A DNA stretch of 64,000 nt from an uncultured Verrucomicrobiae bacterium. Lineage in GTDB: Bacteria > Verrucomicrobiota > Verrucomicrobiia > Chthoniobacterales > UBA10450. Below are positions 40,591 through 49,582 of the stretch, one piece after another; positions within the stretch are counted from its first letter, which is position 1; each line of letters starts with the position of its first letter. The notes beneath the pieces are model-generated. The model searched no databases, had not been told where the DNA came from, and was given only the letters and a program-made list of their open reading frames with translations. Both the position numbers and the translations under genes were made by a program. The stretch covers positions 416,001-480,000 of the forward strand of contig CAWFGO010000002.1 in assembly GCA_963815455.1 (NCBI GenBank), read 5' to 3'.

Positions 40591-40603
40591 CAAGCACAAA
40601 GTT
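40591..40603 (-). promoter_or_regulatory. Conserved 13-mer AACTTTGTGCTTG upstream of precursor 2b
   Basis: Continues as TTGCTA-N17-CAAACC then GGACGGCACT-ATG. Confidence 0.8.
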
Positions 40604-40639
40604 TTAGTGTGGCCCGATTAGGACCGCCACCAGGACAAA

Positions 40640-41047
40640 TTAGCCAACTCGAAACCTCACGTCTCGGATGGTTTTCCCGCCGAAACGTTGCTTCAATTTA
40701 CGCAGGATGTCGATCTTGGAGACTTGCTCGAGCTCGTAGTGGAGCGCCGGTTGAAGCACTCGGACGTAGAGAATGCCTTCGCGCAAGGCCACCGGCGCGG
40801 AGTGGGCGGCGATGAAATCACCGACGATTTGCCCCCATGCTTCGATGACTTCGGTTTCCTTGAGCCGCTCGCGCAGGCCGAGGCGTTGCATCAGTTTCGG
40901 GAGCAGGTCGCCCGCCGATTGCCATCGATTGCGCAGCAGCGATTTTTCGGGCAGACCGCGCCATTCGGCGATCGCAGCGGCGCGGAGGGAGCGGTTCATG
41001 GTAGTCATGGAATACATGGAAGCTCTGAAGCGTTCGGAATCGAGCAA
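40640..41047 (-). CDS. DUF721/DciA-like protein
   Basis: AWGQIVGDFIAAHSAPVALREGILYVRV...IRDVRFRVG; true start probably 10-16 codons downstream. Confidence 0.82.
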   Translation of the reverse strand: MLDSERFRASMYSMTTMNRSLRAAAIAEWRGLPEKSLLRNRWQSAGDLLPKLMQRLGLRERLKETEVIEAWGQIVGDFIAAHSAPVALREGILYVRVLQPALHYELEQVSKIDILRKLKQRFGGKTIRDVRFRVG

Positions 41048-41099
41048 GATTCAATTGCCGTACCGCTTCAACGCTTCAACGAATCCGTTAGCCGAAGCT

Positions 41100-42527
41100 T
41101 CAATATTTCCGCCGCATATTGCTGGGCAGAATATTCAGTTCGGTGCGGTACTTGGCCACGGTGCGGCGGGCAATGGGAATCCCGCGCTTGCTCAGAATTT
41201 CCACGATCTCCTTGTCGCTCAACGGCGCGCTTCCGGCCTCGTCTTTGACCAAATCGAGAATGGCCTCTTTCACGCTGGTGTTGCTCATCGATTCGCCGCT
41301 GGATGTTTGATAGCCGGGCGTGAAAAAGTATTTCATCTCGAAAACGCCCTGGGGCGTGGACATGTATTTGCCCGAGATCGCGCGGCTCACCGTCGTTTCG
41401 TGCACGCCTACGGCGTCGGCCACCTGCACCATCGTCATCGGCTTCAATTGCGACGAGCCGTGATCGAAAAAGTCGCGCTGCCGTTTGACGATCTGATGAG
41501 CAATATTTGAAATCGTTTGCTGGCGCTGGTGAATCGACTTTATGAGAAATTTTCCGCTTCGGATCTTGTCGCGGATGTAATCCTTCACTTCACTTCCGTT
41601 GCCATCCTGCGCCATGATGTCTTTGTAAGTGTTGCTGATGCGCAGGTGCGGAATTTGTTCACCGTTTAACATGACCTGGTATTCACCGTTCACTTTCTCG
41701 ACCGTCACGTCTGGCAGGACGTAGTTTTGCGGCGCGGCGGCGAAAATGGCGCCGGGGCGCGGATCGAGCTGGGCGATGTTGTTGGCGCATTTCTGCACTT
41801 GTTCGACGCTAATCCCCATCCGACGCGCGATCTCGGGGAAGCGGCGTTTGCCAAGGTCCTGCATGTGGTCGGAGATGATCTTATACTCCAGGCTGCTCTG
41901 GCGGCCCTCGCGTTTTAGTTGAATGAGCAGACATTCCCTCAAATCGCGCGCACCAACTCCCGGCGGATAGAAACTCTGGACGAGGGTGAGGATGTTCTCG
42001 AAATCTTCCTTGGGAATGCCGGTGTTGAGAGCCATCTCCTCCGGCGTAGTCTGAAGAAATCCGTTATCGTCGATGTTGCCGATGATCAACTCGGCCGTCT
42101 TACGATCGTTGCCGTTGAACACCGTCTGGTTGAGCTGCCCCATGAGGTGCTGCTGGAGCGTTTCCTGGGTTGGAATTGAATCGAAAAAGAATTGTCGCTT
42201 ATCGTCCGCTTCCTGCGAGCGCCCGGTGTAGCTGTTCGACTGGGCCATGTAGTCGCGCCATTCCTCATCCAGCTTGGCCAGCTTATCGAACTCCTCCTTG
42301 AAATTGTCGTCAGGCGTTGCGGCAGGAGCTTCCGGCTCGCTCCCGTCCTCGGACTTGGGCGGATCGGCCAATTCTTCCAGCACGGGGTTGGTCTCCATTT
42401 CCTGCTGCACGAGATTGCGCAACTCGAGCAACGGCGCCTGAAGGATGAGAAGGCTTTGCTGAAGCTGCGGGGCAAGGACCTGCTGCAGAGAAAGATTCTG
42501 CGATTGCTGCATTCCTTGGCCGGCCAT
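41100..42527 (-). CDS. rpoN: RNA polymerase sigma-54 factor
   Basis: Gln-rich region I, HETTVSRA, RpoN box ARRTVAKYR. Confidence 0.97.
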   Translation of the reverse strand: MAGQGMQQSQNLSLQQVLAPQLQQSLLILQAPLLELRNLVQQEMETNPVLEELADPPKSEDGSEPEAPAATPDDNFKEEFDKLAKLDEEWRDYMAQSNSYTGRSQEADDKRQFFFDSIPTQETLQQHLMGQLNQTVFNGNDRKTAELIIGNIDDNGFLQTTPEEMALNTGIPKEDFENILTLVQSFYPPGVGARDLRECLLIQLKREGRQSSLEYKIISDHMQDLGKRRFPEIARRMGISVEQVQKCANNIAQLDPRPGAIFAAAPQNYVLPDVTVEKVNGEYQVMLNGEQIPHLRISNTYKDIMAQDGNGSEVKDYIRDKIRSGKFLIKSIHQRQQTISNIAHQIVKRQRDFFDHGSSQLKPMTMVQVADAVGVHETTVSRAISGKYMSTPQGVFEMKYFFTPGYQTSSGESMSNTSVKEAILDLVKDEAGSAPLSDKEIVEILSKRGIPIARRTVAKYRTELNILPSNMRRKY

Positions 42528-42663
42528 GTGTGGGAGTTTACCGAGTCTGCGGCCGTCAGGCAAGCAATTCGCGCGCCACCGATTCGAGCCCGGCCGGGTC
42601 CCGGCAAAAATCCATGTCGGGGAACACGACTTGCTTTTCAAGCCGACGACCCGTCTCCTTCAA

Positions 42664-42891
42664 ATGAAACGAATTTCCCTGGCTGTTTTGTCGATGCTGT
42701 CTGTCATTTTATATAGCGCCGCCCAGGCGCCCGACTCGAAAAACGACGCTGAACAGGTCCTGGCCCTCACCAAAGAGGTGCAGAGCCAACAAGCGCAAAT
42801 CGTCGCCAACCAAAAGAAGATCGAGGCCAAGCTTGCAGAGGTAGCCGAGGCGGTTCGCGTCGCGCGAATTTTCTCGAGTCGAGGTCGTTGA
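42664..42891 (+). CDS. Small secreted coiled-coil protein
   Basis: Signal peptide, heptad pattern, ends VARIFSSRGR. Confidence 0.7.
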   Translation: MKRISLAVLSMLSVILYSAAQAPDSKNDAEQVLALTKEVQSQQAQIVANQKKIEAKLAEVAEAVRVARIFSSRGR

Positions 42892-43190
42892 TGAACATTA
42901 AACCGCCAATTCTCTTTCTGTCGATCCTGGCGGCGATGTCGATCTTCGCCGCCAATGGCCAGTCGCCCATTCCCGTCCTGGTTCCCGCAGCGTCGGCCGC
43001 CGCCGGCGCGCCTTCCAGTACTGCGGTGAATATTCAGGATTCCGACACTCTCCAGGCCACGATCAAGGTGCTCGTGGAAATGAAAGCCGCGAACGAGGAA
43101 ATGTTGAAAAAACAGGAAATGATGCTGCAACAATTGGACGATCTCCAAAAAGCGGCCGAACAGCTCAAGATTTTCAGCAAGCGCGGCTAG
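42891..43190 (+). CDS. Small secreted coiled-coil protein
   Basis: TGATG overlap with the previous gene; signal peptide; ends QLKIFSKRG. Confidence 0.75.
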   Translation: MNIKPPILFLSILAAMSIFAANGQSPIPVLVPAASAAAGAPSSTAVNIQDSDTLQATIKVLVEMKAANEEMLKKQEMMLQQLDDLQKAAEQLKIFSKRG

Positions 43191-43313
43191 GATTCAGAGG
43201 TCAGCTTGCCAAGCGTAGCCTTGGCGAAGGCTGGAGGTCCGAAGTCAGAAGTCAGATGAGGCGATCTTCGGTCGCACCGTGAGCCCCGAAGTCCGCCGAT
43301 TTAATCGACAAAT

Positions 43314-43349
43314 CCATCACTCCACTTCTCCAGCACTCCATTACTCCAT
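43314..43349. repeat. Short tandem ACTCCA-type repeat
   Basis: ccatcactccacttctccagcactccattactcca; reverse-complement relative at about 57089-57124. Confidence 0.65.
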
Positions 43350-43544
43350 AAGACTTTCGCACCCGGAGCGGGAAAGACGAAGCGCACCGTCGTACAGGTA
43401 ACGCCCTTAACGCGAACTGGTTCCGGGAAAACATAGCCGCGGGCACAGCCATGCCGTCCGCGGCCTCCGATTGCAATGGCGAGGTTAAAAAACCCTCCTC
43501 ACCCAAACCACCGGCACTGGCCTGCCGCTAAACCACCACATCAT

Positions 43545-46500
43545 ATGACCAAGTACATCTCAAAAAAATCACGTCTCGCCGCAGTGATCCTTTTCGCCAG
43601 CGGATTTATCGTGCTCGCGCTCTCCACAATCTCAGCGGATTCTCGCAATAATCGGAGCCGCGTATCGGGGCCGGATGCGGTGCCTCCTTCCGGCACCCTT
43701 GATCCGACTGGCCCAAATGTCGTCTGGGATGGCAACGCTCTGGGTGGTTCCTCCGAAGAAGGGGAAGCTACCTGCGTCGATGGGGTTAACTGCGACACAT
43801 TCTTACTAACTCTTTCAGGCACGCCAGCCGACTGGGCGGGCAAAACAGCCCGGGTCACTATTTCATGGAGCGGCGGTCCTGCCGGTACAGACGATTACGA
43901 CGTCTATATCCACAAAGGAAATACTAATAGCGGTCCGCTGGTGGGATCATCCGCGGCGGGTGGCGCCGGGCCAGAAGTAGTCGATCTTGATCCTAACGAC
44001 CCGGCTATTGCCACTGGCGTGTTTTCTGTTCACGTCATTTATTGGTTAGTACCGATACCAGATCAATATCACGCCGTCGCCAGTGTGATAGGCGGCCAGC
44101 CCACACCCACGCCCACGCCGACGCCAACGGCAACGCCAGCTGCGGGAACGCCTCGCTATTTTAACTACGTCTCGCCGCCGGGAGTTGGCGATGATGCGGG
44201 AGAGCCATCCATCGGGATTAACTGGAACACTGAGTTGTCGTTCAACAATAATAACATCGTCACCGGCAATCCAAATCCCCCGATACCGAACGGCGGCACA
44301 TCGACCTACTACGGCGGGTTCCTCTCCTACATGTTGAAGATTACCTTCGATGATTGTCCTTCGCCTGCGAATGCGACGTGGGACCAAAAACCGGTGACGC
44401 TGCCTGCCACTACGCGCGCTTTCGGCGATCCAATTCTTTTCACCGATCGTGGTTGGCCTGCATATCCAGGTATGCCTGCCAGCCTGGGCACCGGTCGCAC
44501 TTTCGTTTCGCAACTCGAAGGCCTGACGCCAGCGGGCAGCACGATGGAATACACTGATAATGATGGGGACACCTTCAGCCCGAGCGAAGGCGGTGCTCCT
44601 TCCGGAGTCGATCACCAGACAGTCGGCGGCGGCCCGTTCCATGCGCCGATTCCGCCTGGCTTGGTTTATCCGAACGCGGTTTACTACGCTTCGCAGAGCA
44701 TCGCCGACGCAACGGCTCAGCTCAGCTTGGATGGCGGAATTACGTTTCCATTGCAAACTCCGATGTTTACCGCTGCGGATTGCGCCGGGCTGCATGGCCA
44801 CATCAAGATCGCACCCGATGGCACTGCTTTTGTCCCAGACAAGGGGTGCGCCAGTTTAGGCGTGCCGTTGCTGCTCGGTGGCGAAGCATCCGTTATTGTG
44901 TCGGAGAATAATAACGTTTCTTGGAGCATCAGGACCATCTCCGGCGCGATGACCAGCGGGAACGATGATCCATCAGTTGGCGTTGCCACTGACAGCAATA
45001 CCATTTTCCTTGGTTACCAAGCCGACGATGGGCACGCACGCATCGCCGTATCCCATGACAAGGGTCTGAATTGGTCCACGCCAGTCGACGTAGGCGTTAA
45101 TTCGGCGACTGTCACCGGAGCTCCGCCAGAGGGAATTAAGAACTGCGCATTCCCGGCGGTAGTAGCAGGGGATGGCGAACAAAACGGACCTAACACCAGC
45201 CGCGCCGCTTTTGCCTTCTTCGGAAGCACTACGGGCGGCGACGGGACGCAACCGGCGTTTCCCGGCGTCTGGTATCTCTACATTGCCACCACCTTTGATG
45301 GCGGCCAGACTTGGACAACAGTAAACGCCACGCCCGGCGATCCAATCCAGCGCGGCGGAATCTGCGGCAGCGGCACCTGCCGCAACCTGCTCGACTTTTT
45401 CGGCGCGGAAATTGACAAGCAAGGACGCGTTCTCATCGGCGGGGAGGATGGCTGTGTCGGCAGTTGCGTCAACGGGCCCCCGAACTCCTTCACGGCGAAA
45501 GCATTCATCACTCGGCAGTCGGGAGGCAAGCGCATGTATGCTGCGTTTGATCCGGTCGAGCCAGCCCTGCCCGGCGCACCATCGGGTACGGCAATCCTTA
45601 GTGCCGCACAGATTCAAATATCGTGGCCAGCGCCCGATAATGGCGGATCAGCAATCAGCGCATACAAGATCTACCGGCGCGAGGGAGGCATCGGAGCGTT
45701 CGCTCTGCTTGCGACGACCGCGCAAACTAATTACGTCGATACGACATTCAACCCGGATCCGGGTGTGCAAAAATTCTATCGTGTCACTGCCGTAAACACG
45801 ATTGGCGAGGGTCCGTACTGCCACGACATCACCACCGGTGCTCCGCCGCCAACTCCGTGCGACCTGCCCGATGGTCTGCTTGTCATCAGCGATCTTAACC
45901 CTGATGGTTCGGATAATGACGTGGCCCCGAACACGCCCGTCGATGGCAGTGTCAACGCTCGACAGTTGTGGATTGCCGAACCCGGCGACCTGGTGAACAA
46001 ACTCGTCTTCACTCTAAAGGTAGCGCCCTCTGCCTTAAGCTCTCCGCCTCCAAACAGCCAGTGGTTCATCATTTGGAACCGACAGATGCCGGACGCGAGT
46101 TTTGATCGCTGGTATGTGGCCATGAGGACAGACGCCACTGGTGTACCGAGTTTTGAATACGGAAAATTCGGCGTGGCGCTCGATCCAATGAACCCGAATC
46201 AAAATGCCAATACGCCAGTGATGCTCGGCGCCGCGGACAGCGGCAGCTACGACATGGCGACAGGCATTATTAAGATCACGCTTTCGGACAGTAATGCCGA
46301 GAATGTGATGGCGGGCAATACCCTCGGTGGGATAAACGTGAGGACCTACTTTAACCGGCCCGATCCGGGACAGCGTTCCCAGAATAACGCGTCCGACATC
46401 ACCGCCGACAGCAGTTATACGCTGGTCGGCAATGTCGCCTGCGCGCCGGCCCTGGACTTGGTCAGCGCTGTCTCGCGCAAAGTACACGGAGCATCCGGAC

Positions 46501-47009
46501 CCTTTGACATCACACTCTTTCCGATCGTGCCTGCCGGCAACGTCGGCATCGAATGCCGCAGCGGCGGAAGCAGCGGTACTTATCAGGTCGTGATGGTATT
46601 CGCCTCACCGGTGACATTCACATCGGTTACATCTGATACGGGAAGCGTCGCCAGCACTTCGGTCAGCGACAATATCGTGACGATCAATCTCACGGGTATT
46701 CCCAATGCACAGGTCACCCACGTTACCGTGGTCGGTGCAACCAGTGGTGGCGCGCCCACGAATATCACCGTCGCGCTCGGCGTTTTGATCGGCGACACCA
46801 CGGGCAATAGCACGGTCAATTCCTCCGACATTTCGGACACCAAGGCGCAATCAGGCAACGCGGTTAGCATGGACAACTTCCGGAATGACGTGAACGCCAA
46901 CGGCGAGATCAACAGCTCCGATATCGCTTTGGTGAAAGCAAAATCGGGCACAGCCCTTCCACCGCCACCGCCCTCACCGGGCGCTCCGGCTAAATCCGAA
47001 AAGAAATAG
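43545..47009 (+). CDS. Large secreted protein: BNR/Asp-box beta-propeller, FN3 and C-terminal dockerin-like domain
   Basis: Signal peptide; PT linker; Asp-boxes TDNDGDTF, SLDGGITF, SHDKGLNW, TFDGGQTW; FN3 ISWPAPDNGGSAISAY...YRVTAVN; paired GDTTGNSTVNSSD/DVNANGEINSSD. Confidence 0.88.
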   Translation: MTKYISKKSRLAAVILFASGFIVLALSTISADSRNNRSRVSGPDAVPPSGTLDPTGPNVVWDGNALGGSSEEGEATCVDGVNCDTFLLTLSGTPADWAGKTARVTISWSGGPAGTDDYDVYIHKGNTNSGPLVGSSAAGGAGPEVVDLDPNDPAIATGVFSVHVIYWLVPIPDQYHAVASVIGGQPTPTPTPTPTATPAAGTPRYFNYVSPPGVGDDAGEPSIGINWNTELSFNNNNIVTGNPNPPIPNGGTSTYYGGFLSYMLKITFDDCPSPANATWDQKPVTLPATTRAFGDPILFTDRGWPAYPGMPASLGTGRTFVSQLEGLTPAGSTMEYTDNDGDTFSPSEGGAPSGVDHQTVGGGPFHAPIPPGLVYPNAVYYASQSIADATAQLSLDGGITFPLQTPMFTAADCAGLHGHIKIAPDGTAFVPDKGCASLGVPLLLGGEASVIVSENNNVSWSIRTISGAMTSGNDDPSVGVATDSNTIFLGYQADDGHARIAVSHDKGLNWSTPVDVGVNSATVTGAPPEGIKNCAFPAVVAGDGEQNGPNTSRAAFAFFGSTTGGDGTQPAFPGVWYLYIATTFDGGQTWTTVNATPGDPIQRGGICGSGTCRNLLDFFGAEIDKQGRVLIGGEDGCVGSCVNGPPNSFTAKAFITRQSGGKRMYAAFDPVEPALPGAPSGTAILSAAQIQISWPAPDNGGSAISAYKIYRREGGIGAFALLATTAQTNYVDTTFNPDPGVQKFYRVTAVNTIGEGPYCHDITTGAPPPTPCDLPDGLLVISDLNPDGSDNDVAPNTPVDGSVNARQLWIAEPGDLVNKLVFTLKVAPSALSSPPPNSQWFIIWNRQMPDASFDRWYVAMRTDATGVPSFEYGKFGVALDPMNPNQNANTPVMLGAADSGSYDMATGIIKITLSDSNAENVMAGNTLGGINVRTYFNRPDPGQRSQNNASDITADSSYTLVGNVACAPALDLVSAVSRKVHGASGPFDITLFPIVPAGNVGIECRSGGSSGTYQVVMVFASPVTFTSVTSDTGSVASTSVSDNIVTINLTGIPNAQVTHVTVVGATSGGAPTNITVALGVLIGDTTGNSTVNSSDISDTKAQSGNAVSMDNFRNDVNANGEINSSDIALVKAKSGTALPPPPPSPGAPAKSEKK

Positions 47010-47139
47010 ACAAATCAAGATGGAGGGACGTGCTTCCGCACGTCCGGGACCTGCGAAAGCAGGTCCCTCCGATTGGCGGGCAACGTTCTCTTTTTGCGTG
47101 CGGCACTGCCCAGCTCGGATTAGGATCGACATCGACCTG

Positions 47140-48681
47140 ATGCCGCGAAAAAACAATAACGCCGCCGTTGCCGTCCGTGAGGACTCGCGCATCGAGCCAC
47201 ATCGTGTTGCCCTTCCGCTCGGTCAGCGCCGCTTGAACTTCGGCGATCGTTGGAGTTACGCACCCGCCCCGGAATCGAGCAATTACATCAAGCTGCAGTC
47301 GCGCTACAAACTGTTCATTGGCGGCAAATTCGTCACGCCGCGCTCCGGCAAACATTTCGATTCCATTAACCCGGCCACCGAAGAAACATTGGCCGAGATT
47401 GCCGATGCCAGCGCGGCTGATGTCGATCTTGCTGTAAAAGCCGCGCGGCGCGCTTATAAGAATGTGTGGAGCAAGATGCCGGGCCGCGAACGCGGCAAAT
47501 TCCTCTACCGCATCGCCCGGCTCATCCAGGAAAAATCCCGCGAACTGGCCGTGCTCGAGTCGATGGATGGCGGCAAAACCATCAAGGAATCGCGCGACAT
47601 CGATCTCCCGCTGGTCGCCGCCCACTTTTTTTACTACGCCGGTTGGGCCGACAAGCTCGATTATGCTTTCCCGGGTCGGACCGCGCGGCCGCTCGGCGTG
47701 GCTGGCCAGATCATTCCCTGGAATTTTCCGCTCCTGATGGCGGCCTGGAAACTCGCGCCCGCTTTGGCCTGCGGAAATACCTGCATCCTCAAACCGGCCG
47801 AGACCACCAGCATCACCGCCATGCATCTCGCCGAGATCTTCCAGCAAGCGGAACTCCCCGACGGCGTCGTTAACATTGTCACCGGCGCGGGCGAAACCGG
47901 GCGGGCGATTGTCGATCATCCCGGCATCGACAAGATCGCATTCACCGGCTCGACCGAAGTGGGCAAGCGCATTTTGCAGTCCGTTGCCGGAACGAAAAAG
48001 AAATTGACCCTCGAACTCGGCGGCAAGGCGGCCAATATCATTTTCGAAGACGCGCCGATCGATCAAGCCGTCGAAGGCATCATTTCCGGAATTTATTTCA
48101 ATCAAGGCCACGTCTGCTGTGCCGGCTCGCGTTTGCTGGTCCAGGAAGGAGTTTTCCCTGCTGTTATTCGCAAATTGCGCGATCGCATCGCCACGTTGCG
48201 GGTGGGCAATCCGCTCGACAAAAACACCGACATCGGCGCGATCAATTCCCGGATGCAGCTCGATAAAATTTGCGAGCTGGTCGATAGCGGACTCAAGCAA
48301 GGCGCGGAGCTGGTTCAGTCGCGGGTCCGGTTGCCGGCAAAAGGTTACTGGTACCCGCCGAGTTTTTTCACCGGCGTAACCGCTTCCCACCGCATCGCCC
48401 AGGAAGAAATCTTCGGCCCGGTCCTGAGCGTCATGACATTCCGCACGCCTGAGGAAGCGATCGAGCGCGCCAACAACACGCCCTACGGCTTAAGCGCCGG
48501 CGTCTGGACCGACAAAGGGAGCAAGATTTTCAAGATCGTAAACAAGCTCCGGGCCGGCGTGGTGTGGGCGAACACTTACAATAAATTCGATCCCACATCT
48601 CCGTTTGGCGGCTACAAGGAAAGCGGCTTTGGCCGCGAAGGCGGCTTGCACGGTCTGTTACCTTATCTCACTTTGACCTGA
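47140..48681 (+). CDS. Aldehyde dehydrogenase
   Basis: IPWNFP, LKPAE, FTGSTEVG, LELGGK, FNQGHVCCAGSR, EEIFGPV, PFGGYKESG. Confidence 0.96.
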   Translation: MPRKNNNAAVAVREDSRIEPHRVALPLGQRRLNFGDRWSYAPAPESSNYIKLQSRYKLFIGGKFVTPRSGKHFDSINPATEETLAEIADASAADVDLAVKAARRAYKNVWSKMPGRERGKFLYRIARLIQEKSRELAVLESMDGGKTIKESRDIDLPLVAAHFFYYAGWADKLDYAFPGRTARPLGVAGQIIPWNFPLLMAAWKLAPALACGNTCILKPAETTSITAMHLAEIFQQAELPDGVVNIVTGAGETGRAIVDHPGIDKIAFTGSTEVGKRILQSVAGTKKKLTLELGGKAANIIFEDAPIDQAVEGIISGIYFNQGHVCCAGSRLLVQEGVFPAVIRKLRDRIATLRVGNPLDKNTDIGAINSRMQLDKICELVDSGLKQGAELVQSRVRLPAKGYWYPPSFFTGVTASHRIAQEEIFGPVLSVMTFRTPEEAIERANNTPYGLSAGVWTDKGSKIFKIVNKLRAGVVWANTYNKFDPTSPFGGYKESGFGREGGLHGLLPYLTLT

Positions 48682-48719
48682 CCTGACTTGACCAAACTCA
48701 GTCGCGCGGATTGGCCCGA

Positions 48720-49031
48720 TCACTTCGAACGTCGCGCGCCAATCACCAGCCAAATCTTCCGCGCGATGAATAACGCGACCTGACTCAGGATAGCCGCCCC
48801 CACTCCAGAGAGGTAGTAGGCACCGAGCCACACCGCAACGCCAATAATGGCGAAGAATACGCCTGCATACATCCAAAATCCCGAAAGGATAAGTACAGGA
48901 ACGAAGACAAACCGAACCAGGGGAGCGTAGTTTGGAATTTCTTCAAACGGACTATAAATATAACCGAGTATCGGAATGCTTAGGACAAGGTGAATGCAGC
49001 GAAGAATCGTGCGTTTGGTGGCAGCATTCAT
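48720..49031 (-). CDS. Small membrane hypothetical protein
   Basis: R.IHLVLSIPILGYIYSP; four hydrophobic segments. Confidence 0.7.
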   Translation of the reverse strand: MNAATKRTILRCIHLVLSIPILGYIYSPFEEIPNYAPLVRFVFVPVLILSGFWMYAGVFFAIIGVAVWLGAYYLSGVGAAILSQVALFIARKIWLVIGARRSK

Positions 49032-49064
49032 GATTGGTTTGTAAAATGATGAGAAACTCCGGAA

Positions 49065-49514
49065 TCAGGGGCGTCGTTTTCCGGCCGCAAGCATCGAACA
49101 GGCTTTCTCGATCCGGCGGTTATGTTTCTCCTTTTCCTTGGCTGAGTCCATCCAACTTATAAAGTCCCTGCGCTCAACCGGCGTGAGATCACTCCACTTA
49201 GCTTTCGCCTTCGGGGTAGCCGCGAGAGCAGTGTAAAGATCGAATGACACGATTGAATAACAGCAGGGGCGTCGCTTTCCGGCCGCAAGCATCGAGCAGG
49301 CTCTCTCGATCCTGCGTCTGCGTGTCTCCTGCTGTTTGGCGGAGTCTATCCAACTAATAAAATCCCTGCGCGCGATCGGCGTGAGATTCTTCCACTGAGC
49401 CTTCGCCTTCGGGGCAGCCGTGAGCGCTCTGCCAAGATCCGTCGGCATTCTCGGTTCTGATTCTTTTCCAGCCGGGCTAGCGTTCATTTGGTCACTGAAA
49501 CCGCGCGTCTTCAT
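49065..49514 (-). CDS. YdeI/OmpD-associated family protein (two tandem domains)
   Basis: Duplicated AL.A.PKAKA.W..LTP..RRDFISW.DSAK...RRIE.ACSMLAAGKRRP, with a 198-bp period in the DNA. Confidence 0.88.
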   Translation of the reverse strand: MKTRGFSDQMNASPAGKESEPRMPTDLGRALTAAPKAKAQWKNLTPIARRDFISWIDSAKQQETRRRRIERACSMLAAGKRRPCCYSIVSFDLYTALAATPKAKAKWSDLTPVERRDFISWMDSAKEKEKHNRRIEKACSMLAAGKRRP

Positions 49515-49582
49515 CTTTCAACTTTCTTCGAAAGCGTCAAGCTTGCGCGAGATCAATCCAGCTAGATCGGATTGAAGGCGCC

